A stretch of 63,876 bases of DNA from Candidatus Methylomirabilia bacterium (lineage in GTDB: Bacteria > Methylomirabilota > Methylomirabilia > Rokubacteriales > CSP1-6), in NCBI GenBank assembly GCA_041492755.1, contig JBGPXN010000005.1, forward strand, positions 1-63,876. The letters are read 5' to 3'. The position numbers were made by a program, and so were the translations under genes. Shown in pieces: positions 20,101 to 29,804 of this stretch. Every line of letters begins with the position of its first letter. The first letter of the stretch is position 1. The notes beneath the pieces are model-generated. The model was not told the origin of the DNA. It did not search any database and worked only from the letters and a program-made list of their open reading frames with translations.

Positions 20101-21375
20101 GTGAGACGTCGTCTCGTCCTGGCCCTCCTCGTTCTGGTCGTCCTCTGCGGTGCCGGTTGGGGGGGATATGCTTGGCAATCTTCACGACATGTCATGTCCA
20201 CCGATGACGCCTACGTCGAGGGCCCGATTGCCCCAGTGTCGGCAAAGATTGCCGGGCAGGTGGTCGAAGTGCTCATTCGCGACAACGAGACGGTGAAGGC
20301 CGGCCAGGTCCTGGTCCGCCTCGACGCGCGCGACCACAAAGCGAAAGCCGAACAGCTCCGCGCCGGCGTCCTCATCGCCGACCGCCGCTTCCGGGCCGCC
20401 GTCGAGCGCATCGCCCTCGGCAAGGAGGTCGCGTCCAGCCAGGTGACCCAGGCCCGCGCCGCCACCATGCGCGCGGACGCGGCCAAGCAGTCCGCGAACA
20501 GCCTGCTCGAGGGAAGCCGGGCCACCGTCATGTCGCGCCGGGCTGCGCTCGCCTCCGCCATCGCCGAGCGCGATCGCAGTGCCGCGCTCCGCGACCGCGC
20601 GACCGGCGACCTCGCGCGGGCGCGGGAGCTCTTCGGCAAGGAGCTGGTGGCGCGGCAGTTCGTGGACTATGCCGAGACGGAAGCGCGCGCGGCGGAGGCC
20701 GGGGTCATTGCCGCCGACGAGAAGGTGGTGCAGGCGCGGCGCGACCTCGAGTTCGCCGAAGCCGACGAGCGGATGCGTCACTCGGGGTACGAGCCACAGC
20801 AGATCGGTCTCAAGACGGCCGAGGCCCGGGCCGTCGAGGCGCGTGCGCAGGAGATCCAGGCCGAAGCGCTCCACACGGAAGTCCGCGTCCGCCAGGCCGA
20901 GCGCGATCTCGCGCAGGCTCAGCTGCGCGAGGCCGAAGCCGACCTCTCCGCCGCGATGCTCACGCTCGAGTACACCGAGATCCGCGCGCCGGCGACCGGG
21001 GTGGTCTCGAAGAAGACCGTCGAGCCCGGACAGGTCGTGCAGCCGGGCCAGCCCTTGATGGCGCTGGTCGCGCTCCACGAGGTCTGGGTGCTGGCGAACT
21101 TCAAGGAGACGCAGCTGCAGAGGATGCGGCCGGGGATGCGAGCGCGGGTGGTGGTGGACGGCTTTCCCGACCACGTCTGGTCCGGGCGGATCGATTCCAT
21201 CGCCGCCGGCACGGGCTCCCGCTTCTCGCTGTTGCCCCCCGAGAACGCGACCGGGAACTGGGTGAAGGTCGTGCAGCGGGTCCCGGTGAAGATCGTCCTC
21301 GACAGTGACGCCTCGAGCAATCCCCAGATGCTGCGCGCGGGAATGTCGGTCGTAGTGACCGTCCAGCTTCGCTGA
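20101..21375 (+). CDS. HlyD/EmrA-family membrane fusion protein
   Basis: N-terminal TM segment, STDDAYVEG, coiled coil, ANFKETQL, FSLLPPENATGNWVKVVQRVPVKI. GTG start at 20101. Confidence 0.92.
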   Translation: MRRRLVLALLVLVVLCGAGWGGYAWQSSRHVMSTDDAYVEGPIAPVSAKIAGQVVEVLIRDNETVKAGQVLVRLDARDHKAKAEQLRAGVLIADRRFRAAVERIALGKEVASSQVTQARAATMRADAAKQSANSLLEGSRATVMSRRAALASAIAERDRSAALRDRATGDLARARELFGKELVARQFVDYAETEARAAEAGVIAADEKVVQARRDLEFAEADERMRHSGYEPQQIGLKTAEARAVEARAQEIQAEALHTEVRVRQAERDLAQAQLREAEADLSAAMLTLEYTEIRAPATGVVSKKTVEPGQVVQPGQPLMALVALHEVWVLANFKETQLQRMRPGMRARVVVDGFPDHVWSGRIDSIAAGTGSRFSLLPPENATGNWVKVVQRVPVKIVLDSDASSNPQMLRAGMSVVVTVQLR

Positions 21376-21394
21376 CCGCGTTACCCGCCTCTCC

Positions 21395-23734
21395 GTGGCC
21401 CCCGATGCGCAACGTGTAAGAACCTCGGGTTCCGGCGGCCCCGGTGGAGCATTGTCTCCGTTCTTCCCGCCTGCCCTGCCATCACGGTGCGCCCATCCCG
21501 GCTCGGGGCAGGTTCGCGCCGGGTGCCGGTTTCGAATCCCGGCGCTGGCCGCTGGTTTCGTGCTCGCCGCGCTCACTGCCCCGGCCTACCCGCAGACGAC
21601 GTTCCAGCCCGCCGTCACCATGGGGGTCGGTTCCGGGCCGGCCGCCGTTGCCGTCGGCGACCTGAATCGCGACGGCGTGCCCGATCTCATCGTGGCCAAC
21701 ACGGGCACCGACAACATGTCGATCTTCTACGGGGTCGGCGGCGGGCGGTTCGGGCCCCGAACGGATATCGGCACCGGGGTCGCGCCTCATGGCGTCGGCG
21801 TGGGCGACTTCAACGGCGACGGCATCCTCGACATCGTCGTCGTCAACACGGGATCCGATTCCGTCTCGGTATTCCTGGGCGACGGGCGCGGAGGGTTCTC
21901 GCGGGCGGACTACGGGACATCGAACGCTCCGTTCTCGGTGGCGGTCGGCGATCTCAACGGCGACGGCGTGCCGGACCTTGTCGTTGGTCACGCCACGGTC
22001 CCCGTCCTCTCGGTCCTTCTCGGCGCGGGGAACGGCGCCTTCGGTCCACGCACCGACTTCGCGAGTGGGATCGCGCTCTCGGTGGCGGTTGGTGACGTCA
22101 ACGGTGACGGGCGGCTCGACGTCGTCGCCGGCAACGTCGCGTCGAGCTCGGTGTCGGTGCTGCTCGGGGACGGCGCCGGACGCTTGGGCGGCGCGACGGA
22201 AGTCCCCGTCGGCGCCGGTACGGGCCGCTTCGCCGTCCTCGCCGACGTCGACGGGGACGGTGTCCTCGACATCGTGGTGGCGACCAGCGCTGGAAATGCG
22301 GTCTCGGTCCTCCGCGGCATCGGCGACGGGCGTTTCGCGAGCGCCGCGCTGTTTCCGACCGGCAGCTCGCCCCGGGGCGTCGCCGTCGCGGACTTGAACG
22401 GCGACGGCAAGCTCGACCTGGCCGTGCCGGCCCTTGCCGACGGTGTCGTTTCGATCTTGCTCGGCACGGGGACGGGCACCTTCGGCGCTCCGACGTCCCT
22501 CCCCGCGGGGGCAGCGCCTTTTTTCGTGGCGACGGCGGAGTTGAGCGGCGACGGCCGTCAGGACGTGGTGGTGGTGAACGGGGGCGGGAGCAGTCTTTCC
22601 GTCTTCCTCAACGCCACCGCTTTCCTCTCGAGCGTCGACTTCACGGGCGATGGTCGTGCCGACGTCGTGGTCCACGATCTCCAGACGGGCAACTGGTTCG
22701 TCGGGCGCTCGACGGGGGGCAGCTTCGCGGTCGAGCCGTGGGTGTCGAACTTCGGCAACCGCGGCGCCGACGTCGAGGAGACGTTCGCTGCCGACTTCAC
22801 CGGTGACGGTCGCACCGACGTCGCCGTGCACGACCTCCCGAGCGGCAACTGGTTCGTCGGTGCGTCCACGGGCACGAACTTCGCGGTCACCCAGTGGGTG
22901 CGTGGCTTCGGCACCCGGGGCCGGACCGTCGAGGAGGTGTTCGTGGCCGACTTCACCGGTGACGGGCGTGCCGACGTCGCGATCCACGACCGGCAGAGCG
23001 GCGAGTGGTTCGTCGGCCGCTCCACGGGCTCCAGCTTCACGATCGAGCGGTGGGCGACGCGATTCGGCAACCGCCCCGACGTCGAAGAGACGTTCGTCGG
23101 CGACTTCACGGGTGACGGCAAGGTGGACGTGGCGATCCACGACCGCCAGACCGGCGAGTGGTTCGTGGGGCGCTCCACGGGCGCCGCCTTCGTGGTGGAA
23201 CGCTGGGTCTCCGGATTCGGCAACCGCGGCGCCGCCTTCGAGGAGGCGTTCGTCGGTGACTTCACCGGAGACGGGAAGGTCGACGTGGCGATTCACGACC
23301 GGCAGAGCGGTGACTGGTTCGTCGGACGCTCGACCGGGTCCCGCTTCACGATCGAACCGTGGGTGCGCGGCTTCGGCAATCAGGGCGCCACGGTCGAGGA
23401 AGCGTTCGTGGGCGACTTCACGGGCGACGGCAAGGAGGACGTTGCGATTCAGAACCGCCGCACCGGCGACTGGTTCGTCGGTCGCTCGACGGGCTCGAGC
23501 TTCGAGATCGAGGCGTGGGTGAGCGGATTCGGCAATCGCGGCGAGCGCGAGGAGATCTTCGTCGCCGACTTCACCGGCGACGGCCGGATCGACGTCGGCC
23601 TGCACGACCGCCAGACCGGACAGTGGTTCGTCGGCCGGTCCACCGGCGCGAGCTTCGCCGTCGAGATCTGGGCCACGAACTTCGGGAATCGCGGCGCGGG
23701 TTTTGAAGAGGCCCTCGCCGGCCCACGCCGCTGA
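21395..23734 (+). CDS. Secreted FG-GAP/VCBS repeat protein with two repeat modules (start uncertain)
   Basis: Signal-like ALAAGFVLAALTAPAYP. N-terminal repeats GD(L/F/V)NGDG..D; C-terminal 7 x 51-52-aa repeats DFTGDG.ADV..HD..G.WFVGRSTG. Confidence 0.88.
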   Translation: MAPDAQRVRTSGSGGPGGALSPFFPPALPSRCAHPGSGQVRAGCRFRIPALAAGFVLAALTAPAYPQTTFQPAVTMGVGSGPAAVAVGDLNRDGVPDLIVANTGTDNMSIFYGVGGGRFGPRTDIGTGVAPHGVGVGDFNGDGILDIVVVNTGSDSVSVFLGDGRGGFSRADYGTSNAPFSVAVGDLNGDGVPDLVVGHATVPVLSVLLGAGNGAFGPRTDFASGIALSVAVGDVNGDGRLDVVAGNVASSSVSVLLGDGAGRLGGATEVPVGAGTGRFAVLADVDGDGVLDIVVATSAGNAVSVLRGIGDGRFASAALFPTGSSPRGVAVADLNGDGKLDLAVPALADGVVSILLGTGTGTFGAPTSLPAGAAPFFVATAELSGDGRQDVVVVNGGGSSLSVFLNATAFLSSVDFTGDGRADVVVHDLQTGNWFVGRSTGGSFAVEPWVSNFGNRGADVEETFAADFTGDGRTDVAVHDLPSGNWFVGASTGTNFAVTQWVRGFGTRGRTVEEVFVADFTGDGRADVAIHDRQSGEWFVGRSTGSSFTIERWATRFGNRPDVEETFVGDFTGDGKVDVAIHDRQTGEWFVGRSTGAAFVVERWVSGFGNRGAAFEEAFVGDFTGDGKVDVAIHDRQSGDWFVGRSTGSRFTIEPWVRGFGNQGATVEEAFVGDFTGDGKEDVAIQNRRTGDWFVGRSTGSSFEIEAWVSGFGNRGEREEIFVADFTGDGRIDVGLHDRQTGQWFVGRSTGASFAVEIWATNFGNRGAGFEEALAGPRR
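22637..23720 (+). repeat. Intragenic tandem repeat, 7 units of 153-156 bp
   Basis: GACTTCAC unit starts at 22637, 22793, 22949, 23102, 23258, 23414 and 23567. Confidence 0.92.
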
Positions 23735-23739
23735 GCGAC

Positions 23740-23811
23740 GAGGAGCGCCCCGGGTGCCCCGGGGCGCTACCGAGCAGGGGGGGTGTGGGGGGCCATTTCG
23801 GGGCCCCCCAC
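23740..23811. repeat. REP-like double-hairpin intergenic repeat, copy 2
   Basis: Near-identical to 17660-17731; lies between convergent genes. Confidence 0.85.
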
Positions 23812-23816
23812 TTTAA

Positions 23817-24611
23817 TTACCACCCGACGAGGACGATGGCGGCGGCCAGGATCAGGCGGTAGATGACGAAGGGCAGGAGTGAGCGGCGCTTGAGGTAGCT
23901 CACCAGGAACCACACCGCGATCCATCCGCTGACGAACGACGCGAGCACGCCGATCGCCAGCGCCGTGCCCTCGCCGGGGGGCAATCCCACCTTGAGCAGG
24001 TCGTAGGTTTTCTTCAGTCCCGCGCCCGCCGTGATCGGGATGCCGAGCAGGAACGCGAAGCGCGCGGCGGTTGCGCGGTCGAGTCCGCTGAACAGGCCCG
24101 CGGTGATCGTGATGCCCGACCGCGACGTGCCGGGAACGAGCGCCAGCGCCTGCGCGCAGCCGATCACGAGGCCGCGGCCCCAGGACACCGTCTCCAGCCG
24201 GTCCTCCATCGGTGAGCCGGCGGGCGTGGCCCGGGCCGCCGTACGGTCGGCCATCCACATGACGACGGCATAGAACGCCGTGGTCGCGGCGATCAGCAGC
24301 GGCCAGCGCAGGTGCTCTTCGATGGCGCGGCCGAAGCCGGCGCCGATGAGCGCGCCCGGGACGGTGGCGACGATGAGGATGAGGGCGAGCCGGCGCGACA
24401 GCGCTCCGGTGACGAAGCCGAGCAGCTCGGCGCGGAAGTAGGCGATGAGCGCGGCGAGCGTGCCCAGGTGCAACGCGGCGTCGAAGGCGAGCCCCTGGTC
24501 GGCCCAGCCGAAGACGTGAGGGACGAGGATGAGATGGCCGGACGACGAGACGGGCAGGAACTCGGTGACGCCCTGGACGATGCCCAGGACGAGGGCCTGG
24601 GGGTAGGTCAC
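23817..24611 (-). CDS. uppP: Undecaprenyl-diphosphate phosphatase
   Basis: LGIVQGVTEFLPVSSSGHL, PGTSRSGITI, ARFAFLLGIP. Confidence 0.95.
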   Translation of the reverse strand: MTYPQALVLGIVQGVTEFLPVSSSGHLILVPHVFGWADQGLAFDAALHLGTLAALIAYFRAELLGFVTGALSRRLALILIVATVPGALIGAGFGRAIEEHLRWPLLIAATTAFYAVVMWMADRTAARATPAGSPMEDRLETVSWGRGLVIGCAQALALVPGTSRSGITITAGLFSGLDRATAARFAFLLGIPITAGAGLKKTYDLLKVGLPPGEGTALAIGVLASFVSGWIAVWFLVSYLKRRSLLPFVIYRLILAAAIVLVGW

Positions 24612-25426
24612 CCGACGATGTCTTCGCCGCCGTCCACGCCGATCACGTTGCCGGTGATCCAGTAGGTGTCGGGGTGGGTGAGGACGACGATCGCGCGGGC
24701 CACGTCCTCCGGCGTCGTCATGCGGCGCTGGGGATTCCGGCGGAGGGCCTCGGCGGCGATCTGCTCGTAACCCGGGATCTTGGTCGATGCCGGCGTCTCC
24801 GTGACGCCGGCGCGAATGGAGTTCGCGGTGATGCCGCGGGGCGCGAGCTCGGCCGCGAGCTGGCGGATGTGCGATTCCAGCGCCGCCTTGGCCGCGGACA
24901 CCGGCCCATAGTTGGGCAGCACACGGGTGCCGCCTGCCGACGTCATCGCGTAGACCCGGCCGCCGCGTCCCATGAGCCCGCGCCCCACGACCTCTTGCGT
25001 CCAGTACACGAGGCTGTGCGCCATCACGTCGAGGCTCATGTCCATCTGGCTCGGGCTGACCGCGTCCTTCATCGGGTCGGTCACGTAGAGCCTGAGCGTC
25101 CCGAAGGCCAGCGAGTGCATGAGCACGCGCACGCGTCCCATCTCGTTGCGCGCTTCCAGGATCTTCTGGATCTCCGCCGCCGTCTCCGCGCGCCGCTCGG
25201 GGTCGGCCGCGTTGACGTTGAAGAAGTGGGCCTCGCGCCCCGTGCCCCGGATCTCGGCGACGATGCGCTCCACGTTCGGCATGGTGGCGCGCCGGTCCAG
25301 GTGCACGCCGAAGACGTTCACGCCGGCGCGCGCGAGGGCGAGCGACGTCGCGGCCCCGAACCCCGACGAAGCGCCGAGGATGAGGGCCCAGCCGCTGAGA
25401 CGGATCGCGTCCGCGTCGTCGCTCAC
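24608..25426 (-). CDS. Enoyl-ACP reductase-like SDR (FabL/FabI type)
   Basis: GASSGFG Rossmann motif, Y-x6-K (YGPVSAAK), TPEDVA. Confidence 0.8.
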   Translation of the reverse strand: MSDDADAIRLSGWALILGASSGFGAATSLALARAGVNVFGVHLDRRATMPNVERIVAEIRGTGREAHFFNVNAADPERRAETAAEIQKILEARNEMGRVRVLMHSLAFGTLRLYVTDPMKDAVSPSQMDMSLDVMAHSLVYWTQEVVGRGLMGRGGRVYAMTSAGGTRVLPNYGPVSAAKAALESHIRQLAAELAPRGITANSIRAGVTETPASTKIPGYEQIAAEALRRNPQRRMTTPEDVARAIVVLTHPDTYWITGNVIGVDGGEDIVG

Positions 25427-25491
25427 GAGAATCTCCAGAGGGTAAAGCGATTGGACGAGCGCATTGTAGCATCGTAGAATCGCGGCAGGCG

Positions 25492-26220
25492 ATGCCGAAG
25501 ACCGCCGGAATCATCCTGATCGGCAACGAAATCCTCTCGGGAAAGATCGAGGACGCGAACGCCACCTACCTCTGCCGCGAGCTGCGCGGGCTCGGCGTGG
25601 ACGTCCAGCGCATCACCGTGATCCCCGACGACGTCCCCACCATCGCGCGCGAGGTCGCGCTCTTCAGCGAGCAGTTCGACGTCGTGTTCACCTCGGGCGG
25701 CGTGGGCCCGACCCATGATGACGTCACCATGGAAGGCGTGGCGCGCGCCATGAACGTGAGCGTCGTCCGTCATCCCACGCTGGTGTCGCTGCTGCAGACG
25801 TACTACGGGGCCGCCGTCAACGCGGCGGACCTGAGGATGGCGGAAGTTCCCGAAGGCGCGGAGCTGGTGAGCGCCGAGTCGGTGCGATTTCCGACCGTGC
25901 TCGCGCGAAACGTCTACATCCTGCCCGGCGTGCCCGAGATCTTCCGGCGGAAGTTCGCGGCGATCCGCGAGCGCTTCCGCGACGTGCCCATCCACCTCAA
26001 GAACGTCTTCGTGCGCATCGGGGAAGGCACGCTGGCCGGGCACCTCAACGGTCTGCTCGACGATTTCCCGGACCTGATGCTCGGCTCCTATCCGGAGTTC
26101 GACAATCCCGAGTATCGGGTGAAGGTGACGCTGGAGTCCCGGGACGAGGCGTATCTGACGCGAGCGATGACGGCCTTCCTCGAGCGTCTCCCCGCCGACG
26201 CCGTCGTCCGTGTCGGCTGA
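25492..26220 (+). CDS. CinA-like molybdopterin-binding domain protein
   Basis: IGNEILSGKIEDAN, TSGGVGPTHDDVT, LPGVPEI. Confidence 0.85.
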   Translation: MPKTAGIILIGNEILSGKIEDANATYLCRELRGLGVDVQRITVIPDDVPTIAREVALFSEQFDVVFTSGGVGPTHDDVTMEGVARAMNVSVVRHPTLVSLLQTYYGAAVNAADLRMAEVPEGAELVSAESVRFPTVLARNVYILPGVPEIFRRKFAAIRERFRDVPIHLKNVFVRIGEGTLAGHLNGLLDDFPDLMLGSYPEFDNPEYRVKVTLESRDEAYLTRAMTAFLERLPADAVVRVG

Positions 26221-26237
26221 AGCACCCGCCAGGCTCG

Positions 26238-27965
26238 GTGCGACTGATTCCCCTCGGTGTGGCCGTCGTGGCGGCGGCGCTGTACTTCATCGGCCTCGGG
26301 GCCGCGCCCTTCATCGATCCGCCCGAGGGCTTCCATGCCGAGATCGCCCGCGAGATGGGCCAGTATCACGACTGGGTCACCCCGCGGTTGAACGGCGTGC
26401 GGTATTTCGACAAGCCGCCGATGCTCTACTGGCTCATGTCGGCGTCGTTCTCCGTGGCGGGGCCGACGCCGGCGGCGGCACGCTTCTGGTCGGCGCTCGC
26501 GGCCGTCGGCTGTGCCGCGATCACGGCGCGGCTGGGTATGCTGTTGGGCGGGCCACGCGTCGGCCTCCTCGCCGGCCTCATGGTGGCGGCGAACATGGGC
26601 TTCTTCCTGTTCGGGCGCTTCGTGAAGCCCGACCTCGTCTTCATTCTCTGTCTCGTCCTCGCCTATGCGGGCTTCACCCTCGCGTATCTCGGTCGCGGGC
26701 GATGGGCGCTCGGGCTCTTCTACGCCGCGCTCGGCGCCGCCACCCTGGCCAAGGACATCCTGGGCGCGGCGGGGCCCATCGTGGTGGCGGTCCTGTTCCT
26801 CGTCCTCACTCGCGAGCGTCCGTGGCGCGCGTGGTTTCCGTGGTGGGGGGTGCTGGTGTTCGCCCTCATCGCGGTGCCCTGGTACGGCTTGGTGGAGGCG
26901 CGCAACCGGGGCTTCCTCTGGTACACCATCGTGGACAACCACCTGCTCAACTTCATGCGGCAGCGGATCTTCCCCGACGAAGACGTGCCGCTGGGCTCGC
27001 TCGAGTTCCTCGTCGTGACCATCCTGGCCTTCCTGCCCTGGGTGACGGCGGTGCCGTGGGCGCTCGCGCGGACCTTCCGGCCGCCGTGGCCAACGACGGT
27101 TCACCGGCTGTGGCTGCTCTTCGGACTCTGGGCGCTGGTGGTGATCGGCTTCTTCACGCTGTCGCCGTTCAGGCTGCCGCACTACGGACTGCCGGCCATC
27201 CCGGCGCTGGCGCTGCTGTCCGCACGGGTCTGGGACGAGACCATCGCGAAGGCGCCGGGCGCGGTGGCCGCCCGCGTGCTGCTGGTGCCGCCGCTCGTTG
27301 TCTTCGCGCTGGTCGCGGTCGCCTTTGGACTGGCGTGGGCGGACCGTTTGCCGCTTCCGCCCGCGGCAATGAGCGCGGTCGACCTGACCGCGCGGAACTT
27401 CGCGGCGCGGGGACAGCGCGCGGCCCAGGGCGCGCTCGAGCCGTTCCTGCCCGTGCTGGCCGGATCCTTCGTGGTCTTCGCGCTCGGCACCCTGGGCATG
27501 GCCGTGGCCGTGGCGCGCCGGGCGGCCGGGCTGGGTGCCGCCGTGGCTCTCGGCGCGGTCATCGCCTTCCTGCCCCTCGCCGGCGAGGGGATGGCGGAGT
27601 TCGCGCGCATCCGGTCCGCTCAGCCGATCACCGAGGCGCTGCTCAAGCGGCTCGGGCCACGTGACGTCGTCATCCACGAAGGGACGCTCGAGCACAGCGG
27701 CTCGGTGCTCCTCGCCCTCGATCGTCCGGTGCGGGTGGTGGACGGGTTGCAGTCGAACCTCGCGTTCGGCGCGACGTTCCCGGAGGCGCGTGACGTGTTC
27801 TGGGACGCGGCGCGCTTGCAAACCGCGTGGCAGGAGCCCGGGCGGCGGTTCCTGATCTCGGTCGTGAATCGCCAGCACAGCGTCGTACGCGCCTTGCCGT
27901 CCGGATCGGTGCATCTGCTCGCCGAGGCGGGCGGCCGGCGACTCTACTCGAATGTCTCCGACTGA
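26238..27965 (+). CDS. ArnT-like GT-C (family 39/83) glycosyltransferase
   Basis: AEIAREM...DWVTPRLNGVRYFDKPPMLYW, many TM helices, KLPHY-like RLPHY. Confidence 0.88.
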   Translation: MRLIPLGVAVVAAALYFIGLGAAPFIDPPEGFHAEIAREMGQYHDWVTPRLNGVRYFDKPPMLYWLMSASFSVAGPTPAAARFWSALAAVGCAAITARLGMLLGGPRVGLLAGLMVAANMGFFLFGRFVKPDLVFILCLVLAYAGFTLAYLGRGRWALGLFYAALGAATLAKDILGAAGPIVVAVLFLVLTRERPWRAWFPWWGVLVFALIAVPWYGLVEARNRGFLWYTIVDNHLLNFMRQRIFPDEDVPLGSLEFLVVTILAFLPWVTAVPWALARTFRPPWPTTVHRLWLLFGLWALVVIGFFTLSPFRLPHYGLPAIPALALLSARVWDETIAKAPGAVAARVLLVPPLVVFALVAVAFGLAWADRLPLPPAAMSAVDLTARNFAARGQRAAQGALEPFLPVLAGSFVVFALGTLGMAVAVARRAAGLGAAVALGAVIAFLPLAGEGMAEFARIRSAQPITEALLKRLGPRDVVIHEGTLEHSGSVLLALDRPVRVVDGLQSNLAFGATFPEARDVFWDAARLQTAWQEPGRRFLISVVNRQHSVVRALPSGSVHLLAEAGGRRLYSNVSD

Positions 27966-27973
27966 CGTGGCGG

Positions 27974-29575
27974 ATGCGGGCAACTGACGTGTCGACGTCG
28001 CGCGCCGGCGCGACGCGTGTCCTGGATGGGGCGGCGGTGGCGCTGGCGCTGGGAGCGGTGGCGATCCTCGCCACCGGCGGGGGGCGCATCGCGGGCGCGG
28101 ACCTGATCCGCGCGGAGGATTTCGTGGTCGCGCTCGCCGTGGTGACGGGCGTGCGCTGGCTGCTCCGCCCGCCAGCGCCGCCACCGTCGAGTCCGGCCGT
28201 CGCGGTGGCGGCCGGAGTCGTCCTGTACGTGGTGATCATGGGCTTCATCGTGGTGACCCGTCATCACGCGCTTCGCACGCACGCGTTCGATCTGGGCTAC
28301 TACGTCCAGGTCGTCTGGAATCTCGCGCAGGGCAACGGAGCGGTCACCACCCACGCTCCGACCTACGTGGCCACGGAAGCCATGCACGCCTGGGGTGATC
28401 ACCTGTCGCCGGTGCTCTACGTGCTGGTGCCGTTGATGTGGCTGGCCCCGGGAGCGCCGGCGTTGCTGCTGGCGCAGACGGCGATCCTGGCGGCCGGCGC
28501 CTTCGCGCTGTTCGCCTATGCCCGCCCGCGCGTCGGTCCCGGCGCGGCCGCCGGGTCAGCCGCGCTGTACCTGATGAACCCCTCGATCCACGGGATCAAC
28601 CTGCGGGACGTTCATCCGCAGGCCTTCGCGATCCCGCTCGTCATGGCCGCCGCGCTGGCCTTCGACCGCGGCCGCCACGTCCTCTGCGCGGCGGCGCTGG
28701 TGCTCGTGCTCGCGTGCCGTGAAGACGCGGCGGTGGCGGTCGTGGGCTTCGGCATCTGGCTGGCCCTCGCGCGCGGATGCCGGGCGGCCGGAGCGGCGGT
28801 GGCCGGCGCCGCCGTCGTGGTGCTCTTCGTCGACGTCTCCTGGATCATGCCCTCGTATCTCGGGGCCCGTTACAACCATCTCATCCGCTATCCACATCTC
28901 GGCCATTCGCTCGGGGAGATCCTGGTCTCGCTCGGGTTGCGGCCTCACCGCTGGCTCGCCGTGGCCCTCACGGGCGACAAGCTCCTGTATCTGGTCGCGA
29001 TGCTCGCCCCGCTGGGATTCCTGCCGCTGCTCGGGCCGCGCGCGCTGCTCGCCGCGCTGCCGGGGCTCGCGCTGAATCTGCTGAGCGTCGATGAGCGGCT
29101 GTTCAACTACCGCTCCCAGTACCAGGCCTTCGTGTTGCCGTTTCTCCTGCTGGCCGCGGTGGACGGCGGTGTCCGGCTGCGCGCGATCGCCGACACGCGG
29201 CGACGGACGGTGCGCCTCGCGGGCGTGGTGGCCGCCGGGTTCCTCGCCGCCGTGGTCCTGACGTCGCGGACCGTCAACGATCTCGGCGTTCGCGCGTGGC
29301 GACTGGGCGCGGACCAGCGCGCGGCCCACGCGCTCATCGCGCGAATCCCGCCCGCGGCCGCCGTCACCGCCAACGAACGGCTGGTCCCGCACCTCGCGCT
29401 GCGGAGCCGCGTCTTTCCGTTTCCGCGGGGCCTCGCCGAGAGTGAGTACGTCGTGGAGCTGGCCCGCGTGGCCCCCCAGGTGCCGGCGACGCGCTACGAG
29501 ATGGTCGCGGGTGAAGGGCGGTGGATGCTCTGGCGACGCCGGGCTTCGCATCGCGTGAATCCAGCCGCGAGTTGA
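27974..29575 (+). CDS. DUF2079-family membrane protein (GT-C-like)
   Basis: FDLGYYVQVVWN, GDHLSP, DVHP, CREDAA, YRSQY; multiple TM segments. Confidence 0.82.
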   Translation: MRATDVSTSRAGATRVLDGAAVALALGAVAILATGGGRIAGADLIRAEDFVVALAVVTGVRWLLRPPAPPPSSPAVAVAAGVVLYVVIMGFIVVTRHHALRTHAFDLGYYVQVVWNLAQGNGAVTTHAPTYVATEAMHAWGDHLSPVLYVLVPLMWLAPGAPALLLAQTAILAAGAFALFAYARPRVGPGAAAGSAALYLMNPSIHGINLRDVHPQAFAIPLVMAAALAFDRGRHVLCAAALVLVLACREDAAVAVVGFGIWLALARGCRAAGAAVAGAAVVVLFVDVSWIMPSYLGARYNHLIRYPHLGHSLGEILVSLGLRPHRWLAVALTGDKLLYLVAMLAPLGFLPLLGPRALLAALPGLALNLLSVDERLFNYRSQYQAFVLPFLLLAAVDGGVRLRAIADTRRRTVRLAGVVAAGFLAAVVLTSRTVNDLGVRAWRLGADQRAAHALIARIPPAAAVTANERLVPHLALRSRVFPFPRGLAESEYVVELARVAPQVPATRYEMVAGEGRWMLWRRRASHRVNPAAS

Positions 29576-29774
29576 CCACCGCAGTGTTTTGTATGGAAGT
29601 CCTGCAAGGTCGCTTCCTATCGTGAATCAGTCGCGTACCGTGGCGGGCGCTCCGCGCGCCAATTGATCCATGCGGACTGGCCTTGTCGCACCAAGAGATG
29701 TGGTCTGCCGATTGCACGATGGTGCTTGCTGGGTTCTTGGGCGACCGCGCGATTGCTGGGCTCCGATTGGGCGG

Positions 29775-29804
29775 TTGACAATTTGGCCGGCGCCGCAAGA
29801 TACT
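29775..29804 (+). promoter_or_regulatory. Putative sigma70 promoter
   Basis: TTGACA-N18-GATACT upstream of 29964. Confidence 0.35.

Noticed and set aside
21525-21543. GCCGGTTTCGAATCCCGGC resembling a tRNA T-arm
   Set aside because: The loop is 9 nt rather than 7, and no acceptor, D or anticodon arms or CCA could be built around it.
22637-23720. Regular ~156-bp repeats as a possible CRISPR array (also 52520-53607)
   Set aside because: Unit lengths are multiples of 3, lie inside ORFs and encode protein repeats; there are no unique spacers and no cas genes.
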